From contig CM022672.1 in assembly GCA_012295275.1 (NCBI GenBank), positions 30,132,001 to 30,196,000 of the forward strand: a stretch of 64,000 nucleotides of DNA, in the 5' to 3' direction. Source of the stretch: Chrysomallon squamiferum. Lineage: Eukaryota; Animalia; Mollusca. The position numbers were made by a program, and so were the translations under genes. This document shows positions 52,339 through 64,000 of this stretch, one piece after another. Position 1 is the first letter of the stretch. Every line of letters starts with the position of its first letter. The notes under the pieces were generated by a model. That model made no database searches. It saw only the letters and a list, made by a program, of their open reading frames with translations, and was not told the origin of the DNA.

Positions 52339-52427
52339 AATTATTATTATTATTAAAATTATTATTTTATATTTCAGAAGTTCGAGAATGTCTCTACAAA
52401 AAATATTCCTGCCTTCCAACAAAATAA
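43764..52427 (+). CDS. TTF1/Reb1/DMTF1-family Myb-domain protein, paralog B (~544 aa)
   Basis: Exons 43764-44541, 45024-45100, 45812-45926, 47804-47882, 48252-48388, 49984-50146, 50645-50725, 51101-51169, 51780-51865, 52378-52427 join in frame. The downstream exons have the same lengths and phases as in paralog A; the Lys-rich N-terminus is shorter. Confidence 0.85.
48520..49355. repeat. 33-nt minisatellite (~24 copies) in an intron of paralog B
   Basis: Unit aaaaagtgtcattggtatttgtttattggcact. Absent from the homologous position in paralog A (~32810). Confidence 0.9.
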
Positions 52428-55400
52428 TTTTGTATGTATATATACATATAATATATATAAATAAGTGCCATACTAAATGGATGGATGGAATCACAGATCA
52501 CATGCAAGACTTATCTCAGAAGTGAGATTTGAATCTAAGACTTGGCATTATTTGCAAATACTTTAAGTTCTGTCTTTGTCTGGAAGTATCATTTATGACA
52601 AGGGTTTTTCTCACTATTTCTGCCATATTGTGGAAGTGGTTTTGAAGATGACAGTTTGTCAGTTACTCAAACCTTTTCATTAAGATATTTTGACTGTTAA
52701 AAATGACAAAAGTGTATATAAAATATGATGAAGCAGTTAAGAAAGGCAAAGCTGTGCATAATTAAATTCATCTTTATTAACTTGTATTATTCTAAAAAAG
52801 AAAAGAAAAAGCTAATTTTAATATTTCTTGATGAGAAGGAATGGATGTCATACATGTATATGTAATATAATTTATGAACATCAATAACAGGTGTAGATTT
52901 CAGTTTGTTTCTATTTTTAATTATAGTTTATCATTGGATAATTTTTCTCTCTCTCTGTTTCCTTGATTTGTATAAAAACAGAAAGTAAAAGATAAAATTA
53001 AAGGATTACATTATTAATGAGAACAGTAGTTTTAGATTATTATATCCAAACAATGTAAATTCTATACGTTATACTTTTTTTAAATTTTAATCTTAAATAC
53101 ACAAGTAAATAATAAAGCTTGAAGCTATCATTAATCATCAGTAGAAAGCAAACTGTATAGAGAATGTTTTAATCATACTGTATTTATTAACATCATTTAA
53201 GGCATACTTAGCTTCAACAATATATAGAGACAAAATCTATGTTTGTCAATAATTATATACAAATACATCTTTTTTCTTTCTTTTTTATGCACTACTATAA
53301 CTTTGACCTTTCGAAGTGCAAAATAAAGGTTTGTTTGAATTTTCAATAATCTGGACATCTTTAAGTTTTGTTAATTAACATCAAAACTGCAATAAGATGA
53401 GTAAAAGTTTTGTTTGAATTTTCAGTTAATAGTGTATTATATTCAGTTATACATTAATTTTAAGTTTGTTTGAGTAATTTTAATCTCCATCAAAATATCA
53501 TAAATTTTTTTAAGGCAAGCCCGATTTTAAAATTTTATTATTATTTTCATCTTCTTCAATTTTTTCCAAGCATATATGAAGTTGTTATATAAAATTTTGT
53601 AAGTCCAGCATCCTTTAAAATGTTATCTGATGAATTATAGTATTTAGTAAATTATTACTGTTCAGTTAGATTTATACATCATTTTTGTTAGCATATGTGA
53701 ATTGACAAATAAAACTTCACTTGATTTTTGCTTTAGGTAAAAAGAAATAACTACTAAGTCTTAATGTAACAGTTTTATCCAGCTAAGGTATACTTTTTGT
53801 AATGATGCTGAACATAGCCTCATTGTGTTTGGCATTCTAACCTTTGGCATTCTAACCTTCTAACCTTTAAAAAAAAAATATCATTGTCAATATGTGGACA
53901 CCTTTTCCTTGATAAGCTTCCCTTTATAATGAACAGAATTCAACGTAAAAATTAGAACAAGAGAAATGCATTATATAGAATAAAAAATACAAACACAGTA
54001 TCATAAATGGTTGTTTATTATAACACTTAATTTAGGAAGAAACAAACATCATTGTATGACTGTTTTTCTGATGAATATGTCGCCATTGTGGATATTAAAA
54101 TAATAATATTGACAAATCCTGCTTGCCTGGTCTAATGTAATACAGACGTGCTGCAGTCATAGAATGAATAAAAATAAAAACAATGATAATAATAAAATAT
54201 AATTTGGAATTATCTGACATAAATTACTGTTAACATGGTTTTTTCTGTTTCTGTTTGTGAAGAGGTGCATCTTGTGAAATATGTAAAATCTGTGCATGTT
54301 CATGTGTGTACATGTGTGTAAAAGAAGATGATTTTGGTAGTGGTAAGAATTCATTTAATTTTGAAATTGAAATAAGAAGTGTCATGTTGTTATAAAATAC
54401 ATATCTGAAAATATTTGTAGCTTTAATCTTGTTTTTGTGGTGTTTTGGGGATTTTTCGTTTTTCAGAATTTTTTTTTTTCTTTTTTACCTTATTGTGAAA
54501 ATTATGCACAATATAATGATAAAAATTTTTTTTTAAATAAAAATATATTTATGTGTAATTTAAATCCTTACCCTGAATAATTAGTCAGGAACTAAACACT
54601 GTACAATATATATAAAACCATGTTTGTAATGTAATAATGAGAAGAAAAACACACAAATACCAATTACATTCCATACATTTCCTCTTGCACCCTAGTTTTC
54701 AAAATACTGTGCTAATAATAGAAAGCTTAAGCCAATTAAATGCTTATTAAGAAGAAAAAAAAAAGTATGCTGTCTAACTTGATTATAAAGTAAAAATGTC
54801 GTTTTAGCAGAAATAAATTTGTTGTATCAGTTTGTCAAACTTTTGTTGCAGTGACTAATTCCACTGCATGACAGTGGATAGACTCTGGTGCGAAAGAACA
54901 AATAAAATGTTTGTGTGCTGACTAAATTTGGCTGAAATAAAACTTTGACCTTTTACAAACTGGTCTGATGAATTGTTGAACAGTCTACAGAGATGAAAAA
55001 TCACATTTTCTCATCATAGGATAACAAAAACCTGTAAAGGGGAGAATGTGTTTTTCAAATGTACCAAATCAAAAATAAATCATCTAGGTAAAGAAAAAAA
55101 GAAAACGAAGAAAGCAGCAAAGGTCACTGGGAAATTTAAATTACCATTTTGTCCCCATCTAACATTTGTTTTTTTTTCTTCAACTACACTGACTGAAATG
55201 AAATAATAAAAAAAAAAAATTTAATAAATATAATCACTTAATCTTACTTCTCTACAAATATAATTCAATAAAAATATTTTCTGTAACGTCATTAAAAACA
55301 TGAAACAGTTAATTTGAACAATCACAACATATAAGAAGAAAATTGCAATGGGAAGATTAATAAATTGATTTTCTTTTTTTTCAAATCTGCTAATCACAAA

Positions 55401-56907
55401 ATTCATGTGGCACCCAGTGCTTGAAAAAACCCACCTAAACATTAAAAACTTTATTATTACAATAATTACAAGGTGTTCCTAGTAAAAAAAAAAAAATTGG
55501 TCAGTGTTTTTTTAAAACTTAGTCTGTTTATCAGTCAAATCTAGTGTTAAACAAATCCATCACCATCGTAGCAGAAATCTGTCTCCTTCTTTTTCTTTCT
55601 TTCCTTCATTTCTCACCTCTCTTTGAGACAACCACAATTTTTTTTTTCCTGCAACTCTGGAATTTATTGTCAATAACCTAGAATAGTTAATATATTTAAC
55701 AAAAACAAAAAATTAGTTATTATTCTTATATATTAACATGGACATTTCTACATAGCATTTTTATTTAACTGTATTTGTAAAATTACATCTAATATTTTTA
55801 TAATTTATTATAAGTGAGCTATATTATTCTGTTGTACAAATTTAGTTAAAAAAAAAAAAAATTATATTTTGTTTTTGTATAAATTTACACTGTTTGAACT
55901 ATTGGTGTTCACAATCTTTAAGTGAACTCTAGGTCATACAGCTTTGATAAAGGCTAAATATTTATAACCTATAACTGTTTATAATTACAATGCTCAGTTC
56001 ACCATTCTTCCATCACGGCATATAATTTAACCTAGGGACCCCAACCTTAAGAAATATTTGAAATTTGTTAGCTGAAAAATAAAAAGTCAAGAAGCACTGG
56101 TTTATTTGAATGATGATAATATACTCCAACATGTGCATGCTTGTTTTATAGGCTGACTGAAATTCTAAAATGAAACAAAAATATATTAGGATAATTATTC
56201 CTTCTCCACTGAAAAAAGAAAAAAGACAAAAAGAATCATTGAAATTATAACTGATAATGAAAATGTATGTTGAACCACGTCGGAACAAACTTTTATCTTA
56301 ACTTATTTTTTTTATTTTTTTTTATGAGACTTTTGCAATGAAATTAAGAGATGAACACTATAACAGTTATTCTGCTGATTACATCACTAAGAAAACTAGT
56401 TTTTTCCTACACTCAGGACATCTCTTACACAATCTTTGACTGACACACTGTACAGCATCAAATCAGAAGTAGTCTAATGGGTGACCTGATAAAGAACAAT
56501 CCTACCCAGTAAATAACAGTTTCAAACCAATAAACTACAATCCACTTCTCTTTTATTCGTGTTTTGTTGGTCTGATTTTTGAAGGGCTTAGAATTCGGTG
56601 GTCTAACTCCCAGGAACTCAATTTTTTGGTAACCAATATTAAAATTATTAATGTACACACATTTGTTTCAAAAGTAATAAAAAATTGTTCCCAGGTACAG
56701 TTAAATGTGGCTGACAAGGGTGGTACTGTTCTAGCACTGATAAATCTTGTAAATATCCATCATATGATCCAAATTCAATTTTTGTGTCTACCAGTCTGTT
56801 TCTCTGCCTTTAATGTAATGTATTCAAAGGTATTCAAATATTCTACTTTAAAGCATACATTTATATATAACATAATTTGAAAATTAAAAATGTTATATTA
56901 GCATACC

Positions 56908-59900
56908 TTATAATGATTTATCTGGGAATGCTTCCTTTAACAGTTGTTCAAACAACTGACTGCAGATTTCACCGGATTCATAAGCTTCGGAATCTGGCTG
57001 TAAATAATATCATACAAAAGTAGACTGCAAATGTATAGCTGCATGTATGTGTGTTTTCTTTGTGCAAGCTAATGTATGTATGCATGTATGTGCATAAGAA
57101 TGGCTGTCCTATTTATATAAATTACATAAAAGTGTATGATATTTTTAAGAGGTAGTTCACATATGTATAAACAAACATATACATAAAAACATACACTGAA
57201 TATGGGTACATGTAGAAATGACAATATTTATATGTGTTTCTATCTGCACCTATACATGTTTTGTTTTTTTAATAACTATTTATAATGAAATAAGATATGA
57301 TAAGTATCAATCTTACTGGATAGTAGGCTCTGCAGTTTTTAAAAACAAGTCTAAAATCATCAACAAATTCTCTGAGTGTTTGGTAGATGCCCTGACGAAG
57401 TTTCTGAGCTATCAAGTTTAGCCACATTCCACGTTTGACCACTTTGTAGTAATCAGGTTTTTGCTCAGACAGAATCTCATTACAGAATTCATCACTTCGT
57501 TTGTGATTAAAAACTGTTGTAAAAATCTTGTAACATTTCTGAATTGTAAAAATAAAGAAAAGAGAAAATTTATCAAAGCACAAATATTTTAAATACCTAT
57601 TTTAAATATTCATTCAAAAAAATATTTTCATATGTGTTTGAATACATATGGTAGTGTCCATGTAAACTGAAATGTATACATATCTATATAAATTATGTAT
57701 AAGAGTGTCCCATTAAAATGTACACATACAATCTGCTAACAGTTACTGCACTGAAAGCGAAAATTAAGAATTAATGTGACCAACTACTTATGAAATACAT
57801 CTCTGCATATTATCAACTGTATTTGATCCAAAATGGTCTACAGTGACTGTGTATTCTTAACAAATCAAAGACAGTATTCATTTTATTGGGACATGTCTGA
57901 GTGTGTTTGTTTGTGTGTATATATGTGTGTGCAAAACATACACAGATATGAAAACAACAATACAGATGGGAAAGCAAGTGAAAATGCAGTAATTTTATAC
58001 ATATATTTTTTGTATCAAAACACTTGTCATGTAGGAAATTTTAAGTTTGAATGTTGTAAGAACACAAATCAAAAGGAAATATACCTGTGTATATTCACAC
58101 ACAGACATGCACACACACACACACACACAAGAAGAAGAAAAAGTTTTAAAAAATGCAGTGACTTTACATACATCTGTGTGTTGGAAGCCACGTCGTCTAG
58201 GTGGCCGAATTATTTCTTCGGATGAAGAACTGTATGGAGGTCTGGAAAACTGAGATTTCTTTCTCTTTCTAGAACTCGTCCTTCTCAAAGCTAATCTGTT
58301 CTTCATCACTGCACTTTTGTTTGTGGATTTTTTGGCACTGTCTTCAACAGACACATCATCTTCTAGAAATAGCAGACAACTTAGTGGCCAAATGTTTATT
58401 AAAGCTATTAGTTTGTTCATGTTAATAAATTTGCTTGACAAAATAAATTCAGTAACATAACTTAAAATCAAGTTGTATTATGAAATGTGATTCAGCATTA
58501 TAATCAAGTTACTCTTAGAGTACTGTACAGTACTAATACTATGAAATGATTGATTATTTATTTTATACATCACTATTGTAAGTTATGGTTTACACTTGTG
58601 TTTTTGTCTGTCTTTAGTATCATGATACTGTATTAAAGAATGGAACACTTTGAATCTAGTTTCATTTAGCTGTATGGGTACCAGACCAATTATCTGGACT
58701 CCTTGGGGCCTGAAGCATTCTGGATTTCTGGATTTTCAGGTTTTGTGGTACCAAGGCATCTAAATACGTAAATAATTATGCATAAACATTTTAAAATTAA
58801 AAACATAAAGAAAATTGACAATACACAACAAGTAAACAATGTGGCAAGTGAATTAACACCAAGCAGCTTGAAAGAGTAGTTCCAGTCTGGTGTGGACAAA
58901 TCCTGCAAGTACAAACTATGAAAATAGCATTGGAAAAAAACTTCCAGTTTTCTGGTCTTTCCAGATTTCAGGATGCCAGATAATTGGTCCTGTAACCATA
59001 GTATTTATTATACACAGTACATTATTGTACATTACATGACATGATATAGCATCTTATGAAAAGGTACCGGATATTACATTTATTAAGATTAACTACTTAA
59101 TACGTATCCATACTTTTTCCATACAGATGGAGCTGTCCATCTGTTAAAAATAAATACACATATTTAGTGTCTTACTACTAAATGCAAATGTTACCTATTT
59201 GACTTTTAATTATTTTCTTGCTTAATGATAGGTCTTCACCATAGCCACCAGGAGAATCCACAGACATCTGCCTTTTCCTCCCACTCACATCACCACCACT
59301 TTTCTGACTTCTGTTGGATGACGATTTACTATTTGTTTTTCCTCTTTCATTCTTCATTTTCTTCACTCGTGGCTCTTCTGACTGACCTGAACAAAACTGC
59401 AGAGTGTTGCCAATAGTGGAAATTTTCGGATGAGTGTTTGTTTTCCACTTCTTCGAAGTTCGAGGTTTTCTGGTCGTTGTTTTGTTTTGTTTCTGCATCA
59501 AGTTGATGTTCATGTTTGGAGACGTTATAATGTTAGCTGACAGAGCAGCTGTTGGCGTGGAGACAGTTTTCAGAGGAATGTGAGCACTGTCAGACTGACA
59601 GCTGTCTGGTGAACTTGTTGAAGCAATTCCAACTTCAATGTTGAGGGCAACGTCTGATACCATACCCATTACTTTGGCATCGTGTACATATCCATCACAT
59701 TCAGCTGATTTCATTTCAGCAAGATTCTCTAACTGTGAAGTTTTGTCATCATACTGGACACCTCTGACGTGGCACTCAGGTTCTGTGGATATGATACCTG
59801 CATAACTGACTGGCTGGCTGTTCATCCCACTTTCTTGAATAATTGGCCGAGCTTCATTTCTACACGTGAACATCTGTCTGAAAGATTCTCCACCTTTATC

Positions 59901-62900
59901 TTGATCAGCCTGACTTATGTCTGCAGTACTAACATAGCCATAGTTTTGATTGCTTGACATCATTTCAGTATTCGACTGGTCCTCAGCTAGATTTTCATTT
60001 CTTAAGTTAAGTCCTCTTGATCTCTGTCGCTCTTTTATGTAAGCCATGACCTTCTGGAACTTTGCCATTGACTGCTGGTTAGTCATCTGAGTCATCTCTT
60101 CATGATCATGAGGCGTCAGGTTTGTAATGGTGCCTGGGTTTTCGGTTTTGTCTCTAAAAACAGATGGAGAGTTCATGGTGGCAGCCTGGTTTTGAAAGCA
60201 GGCTGACTTGTCTACACTGTTCTCTTGGTGTGTGTATAGCAGGTGGTTGTAGCCAAACAACATCTTTGTGATGAGAATGACACCATGTCGGATTATTTTG
60301 TCAAAGAAGTTGATCAGACCCATACAGTTCTGGTTTATTTTTCCTTCATTTCTAGCTGTGACCTGATACGCTTTCACAAATGAAATCACTGAGGCAGCAG
60401 ACATCATAATACCATAGAAAAGATCCTTTTCAGACTCACAAGAGATTAATGAGTCATTGAAAACCATCTGACTATTTCCTGAACTTCTTAGGTTTATGAT
60501 TTCATGAAGTTCTGACAATTTCTGAAGCAAAACAGTCAGCTCAAGTTTGGAGTTTGGACTAGAAACCAATTTTTCCAATTCTTTAAGAAGATATTCAGGA
60601 TGCAGCCTACGATAGAAACACTGCATGTCATGATTTCTTGTTTGTTCATTCAAGTAAGAATGGAAATCGCAAGATGAAGAAGATTTTTGTGAATTTCGAT
60701 TAGTGAACTCAGTCTTTTCAGCACTGTCATCTGCAACTGTATATCTCCATTTCTTCCATCGCTGATCACAGTCCCTGCTTGCAGCATACTGTGATGGTAT
60801 GCCATACTTATGAGATCTTTTTCCAGTGCTGTTACCATCAGCTGGCTGTTTAAATGAACTTGGAATTCGGAGAACGTCAAGATTGTCAAAAGCTGGAGGA
60901 CTACCAAAGTCACTCTCCGAGCTAGTGTAAGAATTGGATGCGCTGCATGAATTAGAGGCACTGGAGACATCTGAGAAGGTGGAAAACATTCTACTGTTAG
61001 TGTAATTTCTTGATGTCGTTCCCGTTTTTCCCATGTTAACAGAATTTGTCACTTTGTTATACCTATTAGCACTAGTTGGAGAAGTCAACAGCACATTGGA
61101 CTGTAAGTCTCTACCAGTTCCTAATTTCATCGGATCCTTGGCAACATATGTTTCAGCTGATGGTGAAAACATTTGTTTTTGACATTTTGATGTCATTCCT
61201 TTGCTTGCATAGTTTGAAGATGGAGCTGCCCACAGATCAGTGGCCCTTCCTCTTTTTACTTCATTGTTGGACAAAACTGAATCATTATCATTTGATAAAG
61301 TATATGTGATTGTTCCATCAGTAGCCAATGCATTTCCCTGAGATTGTTGAAGGAAGAGATGCTGCTCTGCACCTGATGAAGTTTTTAACTCATTGTTTAC
61401 AGGAGGTTCTGGCTGACTGGTCAACACGGTTTCGTCAATACAGTCCAGGTTTTTGGCCATCAGAATAACACATGGTTCATTCCCACTGATGAGAACACCA
61501 TCATACTCTGACATCTGTTCAGAAGGCTCTGCGTTCTTTGTTTTCATTTCAGTGACACTGGGACCATCCTGTTTTGGTGTCATCCTTCCTCTGCATAAAG
61601 AGTTAGGGTCAGTGTCGGGTCTGCTGTTCATGAAAACCTTTTGAGCATCAGCAATATTTGACAGGTTTGGAGGTTCAGTCACTGTGTTCATAGAATTAGT
61701 TTTATAGGCTGGTTCTGTTTCATCTGTTGAGGTAAGAGACATTCTTGTACAGAGAATGTCAATGCTGTCTGTGGTTTTACTGCTGTCCATGTTAGTCTGG
61801 TTTGACTGCACAAAAGTCCCCTCACAACATGTGGCCTGAGCTGCAGGAATGCAGTTTTCGTATCTTGTTACAGAATTTGCCATTGTGTAAATCTCTGATG
61901 AATTGTTTTCCAAACTTTCAGTAGGCATTGTCTGTTCCTGAGAAGATGTAGATTCTGATGGAACAATTTTCACTTCAACTTTGTTGGAAAGCCAGTCAGT
62001 AGGCACCAAGAACAAATGTTCTATGTTGCTGCCATCTGGCATCACTTGTTTCTTCAATACTCCAAACTTTGACTCAGCAGCTTGGCTGTCACAGGAATTA
62101 GACTCGGAGTCTGAGCCACTTGTCTGTGGTAAAACGTGAACACATCTTGTATCTGGTTTCACCTCACCCTTGTGCTCAGTTTTGTGAGGCAGAGTGTAAC
62201 TTTTCCTTTTACTTTTGGGTTTGTTGGTTGTGTCCTTTTTACCTTGTGGTTTCTGTGGTGGCTGAAGGAGTGTTTCTGACATAGAGGAGTCTAGATCATC
62301 TTGAATCGAAGCCACTGCAGAAAGTGTCTCAAGATTTTGGGTGTCAAATTTGAGAGATCGAGAGAAAGCTCTGTATTTTGAAAATTTGGAAGAGGATCTG
62401 CCATGAAGGGATGGATAGTCCGACTGTTTGGAAATATGTCTTCCAGCAGATCTTGACTTCTCAAACTTCTTTTGTGGTCCACAAAACGAGTATCCTAAAT
62501 TTTTCAGGTGTCTAGAACGCCCAGGGTGTGAGCTGGTTGGTGACTCAGGCAACAAACACTTATGACAGTCAGACGAAGGGTGAAAAGAAGGCTGCAGCTT
62601 CTGCCCTTTAAACGAGGCAGTGTTACCTTTGATTGGAGAACACCCCAGAGTGTACAGCAACTGTTCCAAATGTTCTTCATCTTGCTGTGCCATAAATTTC
62701 AAGAACTCATCACCAAGCTCAATCTGAGGTGACTTTGATGTCACTGGTGGCTCCTCTGTTGGAATGCAACATGAAATATCTGATCGTGTCATCTGCATTT
62801 GTCTGGTTTGAGTTGGCAGCCTCTGTGATCTCGAGACAGTTGGTGAATAAGCGGCAGTATTAATTTTGTTCAAAACAGATGGGTCAAATGGCTGGACATT

Positions 62901-63378
62901 CTGAGGTAGAGTTTGTTCTGTGTCCAACAGGGCTTTGTTAATCTGCTTTTGGAGAAAAGCAGACATTTCTAGTTTTAACGATCCAGCATCTTGAGTCTTG
63001 TCAATACTTGGGTCCTGTAAACAAATATACCAATATACATTTAAAATACATGTATAAATATAATTTTAAAACAATACATAATTTTTTATTTTTTTTTCCT
63101 TACAAACCACAACAAAACCAGCAGCAGATAAATAAGCGTTTATAATTAATTATTAATAAAGCTCCAGATATCAAATCTCCTATGTAGAATGTAATCCTAA
63201 CTGTTAACACTACTGTATTTAGAATACTATATTAAAAAAAGAAATAAAGAAATAAAGAAAAAAAAAAAAGAAGGACACTTACTAAGATAGGAGAAATTTT
63301 AACTTCAACGTGACAGATTTCACATGTGACTATTTCAGCATCATTAGTGGCTGAATTACACCACTGAACTTCTATACA
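56908..63378 (-). CDS. Large, mostly low-complexity protein with a C-terminal atypical bromodomain (5'-truncated by the window)
   Basis: Minus-strand exons 63378-63283, 63014-59195 (3820 nt open), 58362-58172, 57538-57317 and 56997-56908 (TAA) are phase-compatible. The last two encode KCYKIFTTVFNHKRSDEF...PDYYKVVKRGMWLNLIAQKL..GIYQTLREFVDDFRLVFKNCRAYYPPDSEAYESG..FEQLL, a bromodomain. Confidence 0.8.
58674..59000. mobile_element. MITE with ~25-nt terminal inverted repeats
   Basis: tatgggtaccagaccaattatctgg at the left end vs ccagataattggtcctgtaaccata at the right end. Confidence 0.6.
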
Positions 63379-64000
63379 CTGAAAATAAAAACAAAAATCA
63401 CAGTTGAAAATCTTTTTTAAAGATTATAAGTGTGGATGGAATATGTAAAAACAGAGTCACTTACAAAAAATAAATTAAAAATAACAAAATGTTATTAATA
63501 TTGAATATTTAAAAAATTCAAAACAAAACAAACATTATTTATCATTTTAAACTCAGTTACACTGAGATAGCAGGAAGCAGAATCAATCCTCCTAAGTGTC
63601 TTTATAGAGATATTTCTCATTCCAACCAAAGCATGTAACTGTTATACAAAATCAATGATTATATGATGTCTTCATTATAGGAAAAAGCACCCAAAATTCT
63701 AAAATCTGTAAGAAACTACTCTATACCATATCCTCACATGTATCAACATTTTGTAATTAATATGAGATAATATTAAAATATATTGATCCATGGGCCTAAA
63801 TTTATTTTTTGGTTATGGGGAAGAGTATCAAATTGCCCAACAATTTAAACAGGTCAGAACAAAAGTCCCAATTTCAGTAAAAATAAATTCCCCTTTGTTT
63901 TGTCCTCCATGCTCATGAGCCATACAGCCAAGCATTGATTCAGTTTAATTTGTTTTAATAAAATAATAAAATAATTAATAAATTACAGACCTTAGCACAG

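Larger units (their letters stand above)
42200..53570 (+). repeat. Segmental duplicate of ~20570-36555 (FBXL6 intronic pieces, promoter and TTF1-like gene)
   Basis: 42200-42465 matches 20570-20785; 42500-42690 matches 23720-23900; 42697 onward matches 24217 onward. Introns, exons and 3' flank stay collinear up to aaggcaagcc...tttttccaagcat (36555 / 53570). Confidence 0.9.

Noticed and set aside
53828-53868. Telomere-like ctaacc repeats
   Set aside because: A local 15-nt duplication with three TAACC units, not a telomeric tract.

Overview
This is AT-rich, microsatellite-laden eukaryotic (metazoan, probably lophotrochozoan/mollusc-like) genomic DNA, not prokaryotic. Hand-spliced genes: the last exon of COQ4 (+); a complete 10-exon AK8 (+, ~478 aa); a complete FBXL6-like gene with 10 coding exons (-, ~522 aa); two tandem paralogs of a TTF1/Reb1-type Myb-domain gene (+), separated by a nest of decayed transposons (DDD-transposase fragment, Mag-like Gypsy, LINE 3' end); and the 3' part of a gene (-) with a 3.8-kb exon and an atypical C-terminal bromodomain. 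The most striking structure is three independent tandem arrays whose repeat unit is the 3' splice acceptor plus the first 8-50 nt of the downstream exon: 16 copies before AK8 exon 9, 12 before FBXL6 exon 10, and 3 before FBXL6 exon 5. In all three the real acceptor is the last copy in transcript order. The FBXL6 units carry AG|GT recursive-splice-like junctions. The AK8 linkers are (CTTA)n, which is both a branch-point consensus and a match to the U1 snRNA 5' end. The TTF1-like paralogs show a strong excess of amino-acid-changing differences (45 vs 6 purely synonymous codons by manual count), a 1056-bp intra-exon duplication in copy A, and loss of all co-duplicated FBXL6 coding exons next to copy B. 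Exon coordinates are hand-derived and have no transcript support; homology calls are from recalled family motifs, not database searches.
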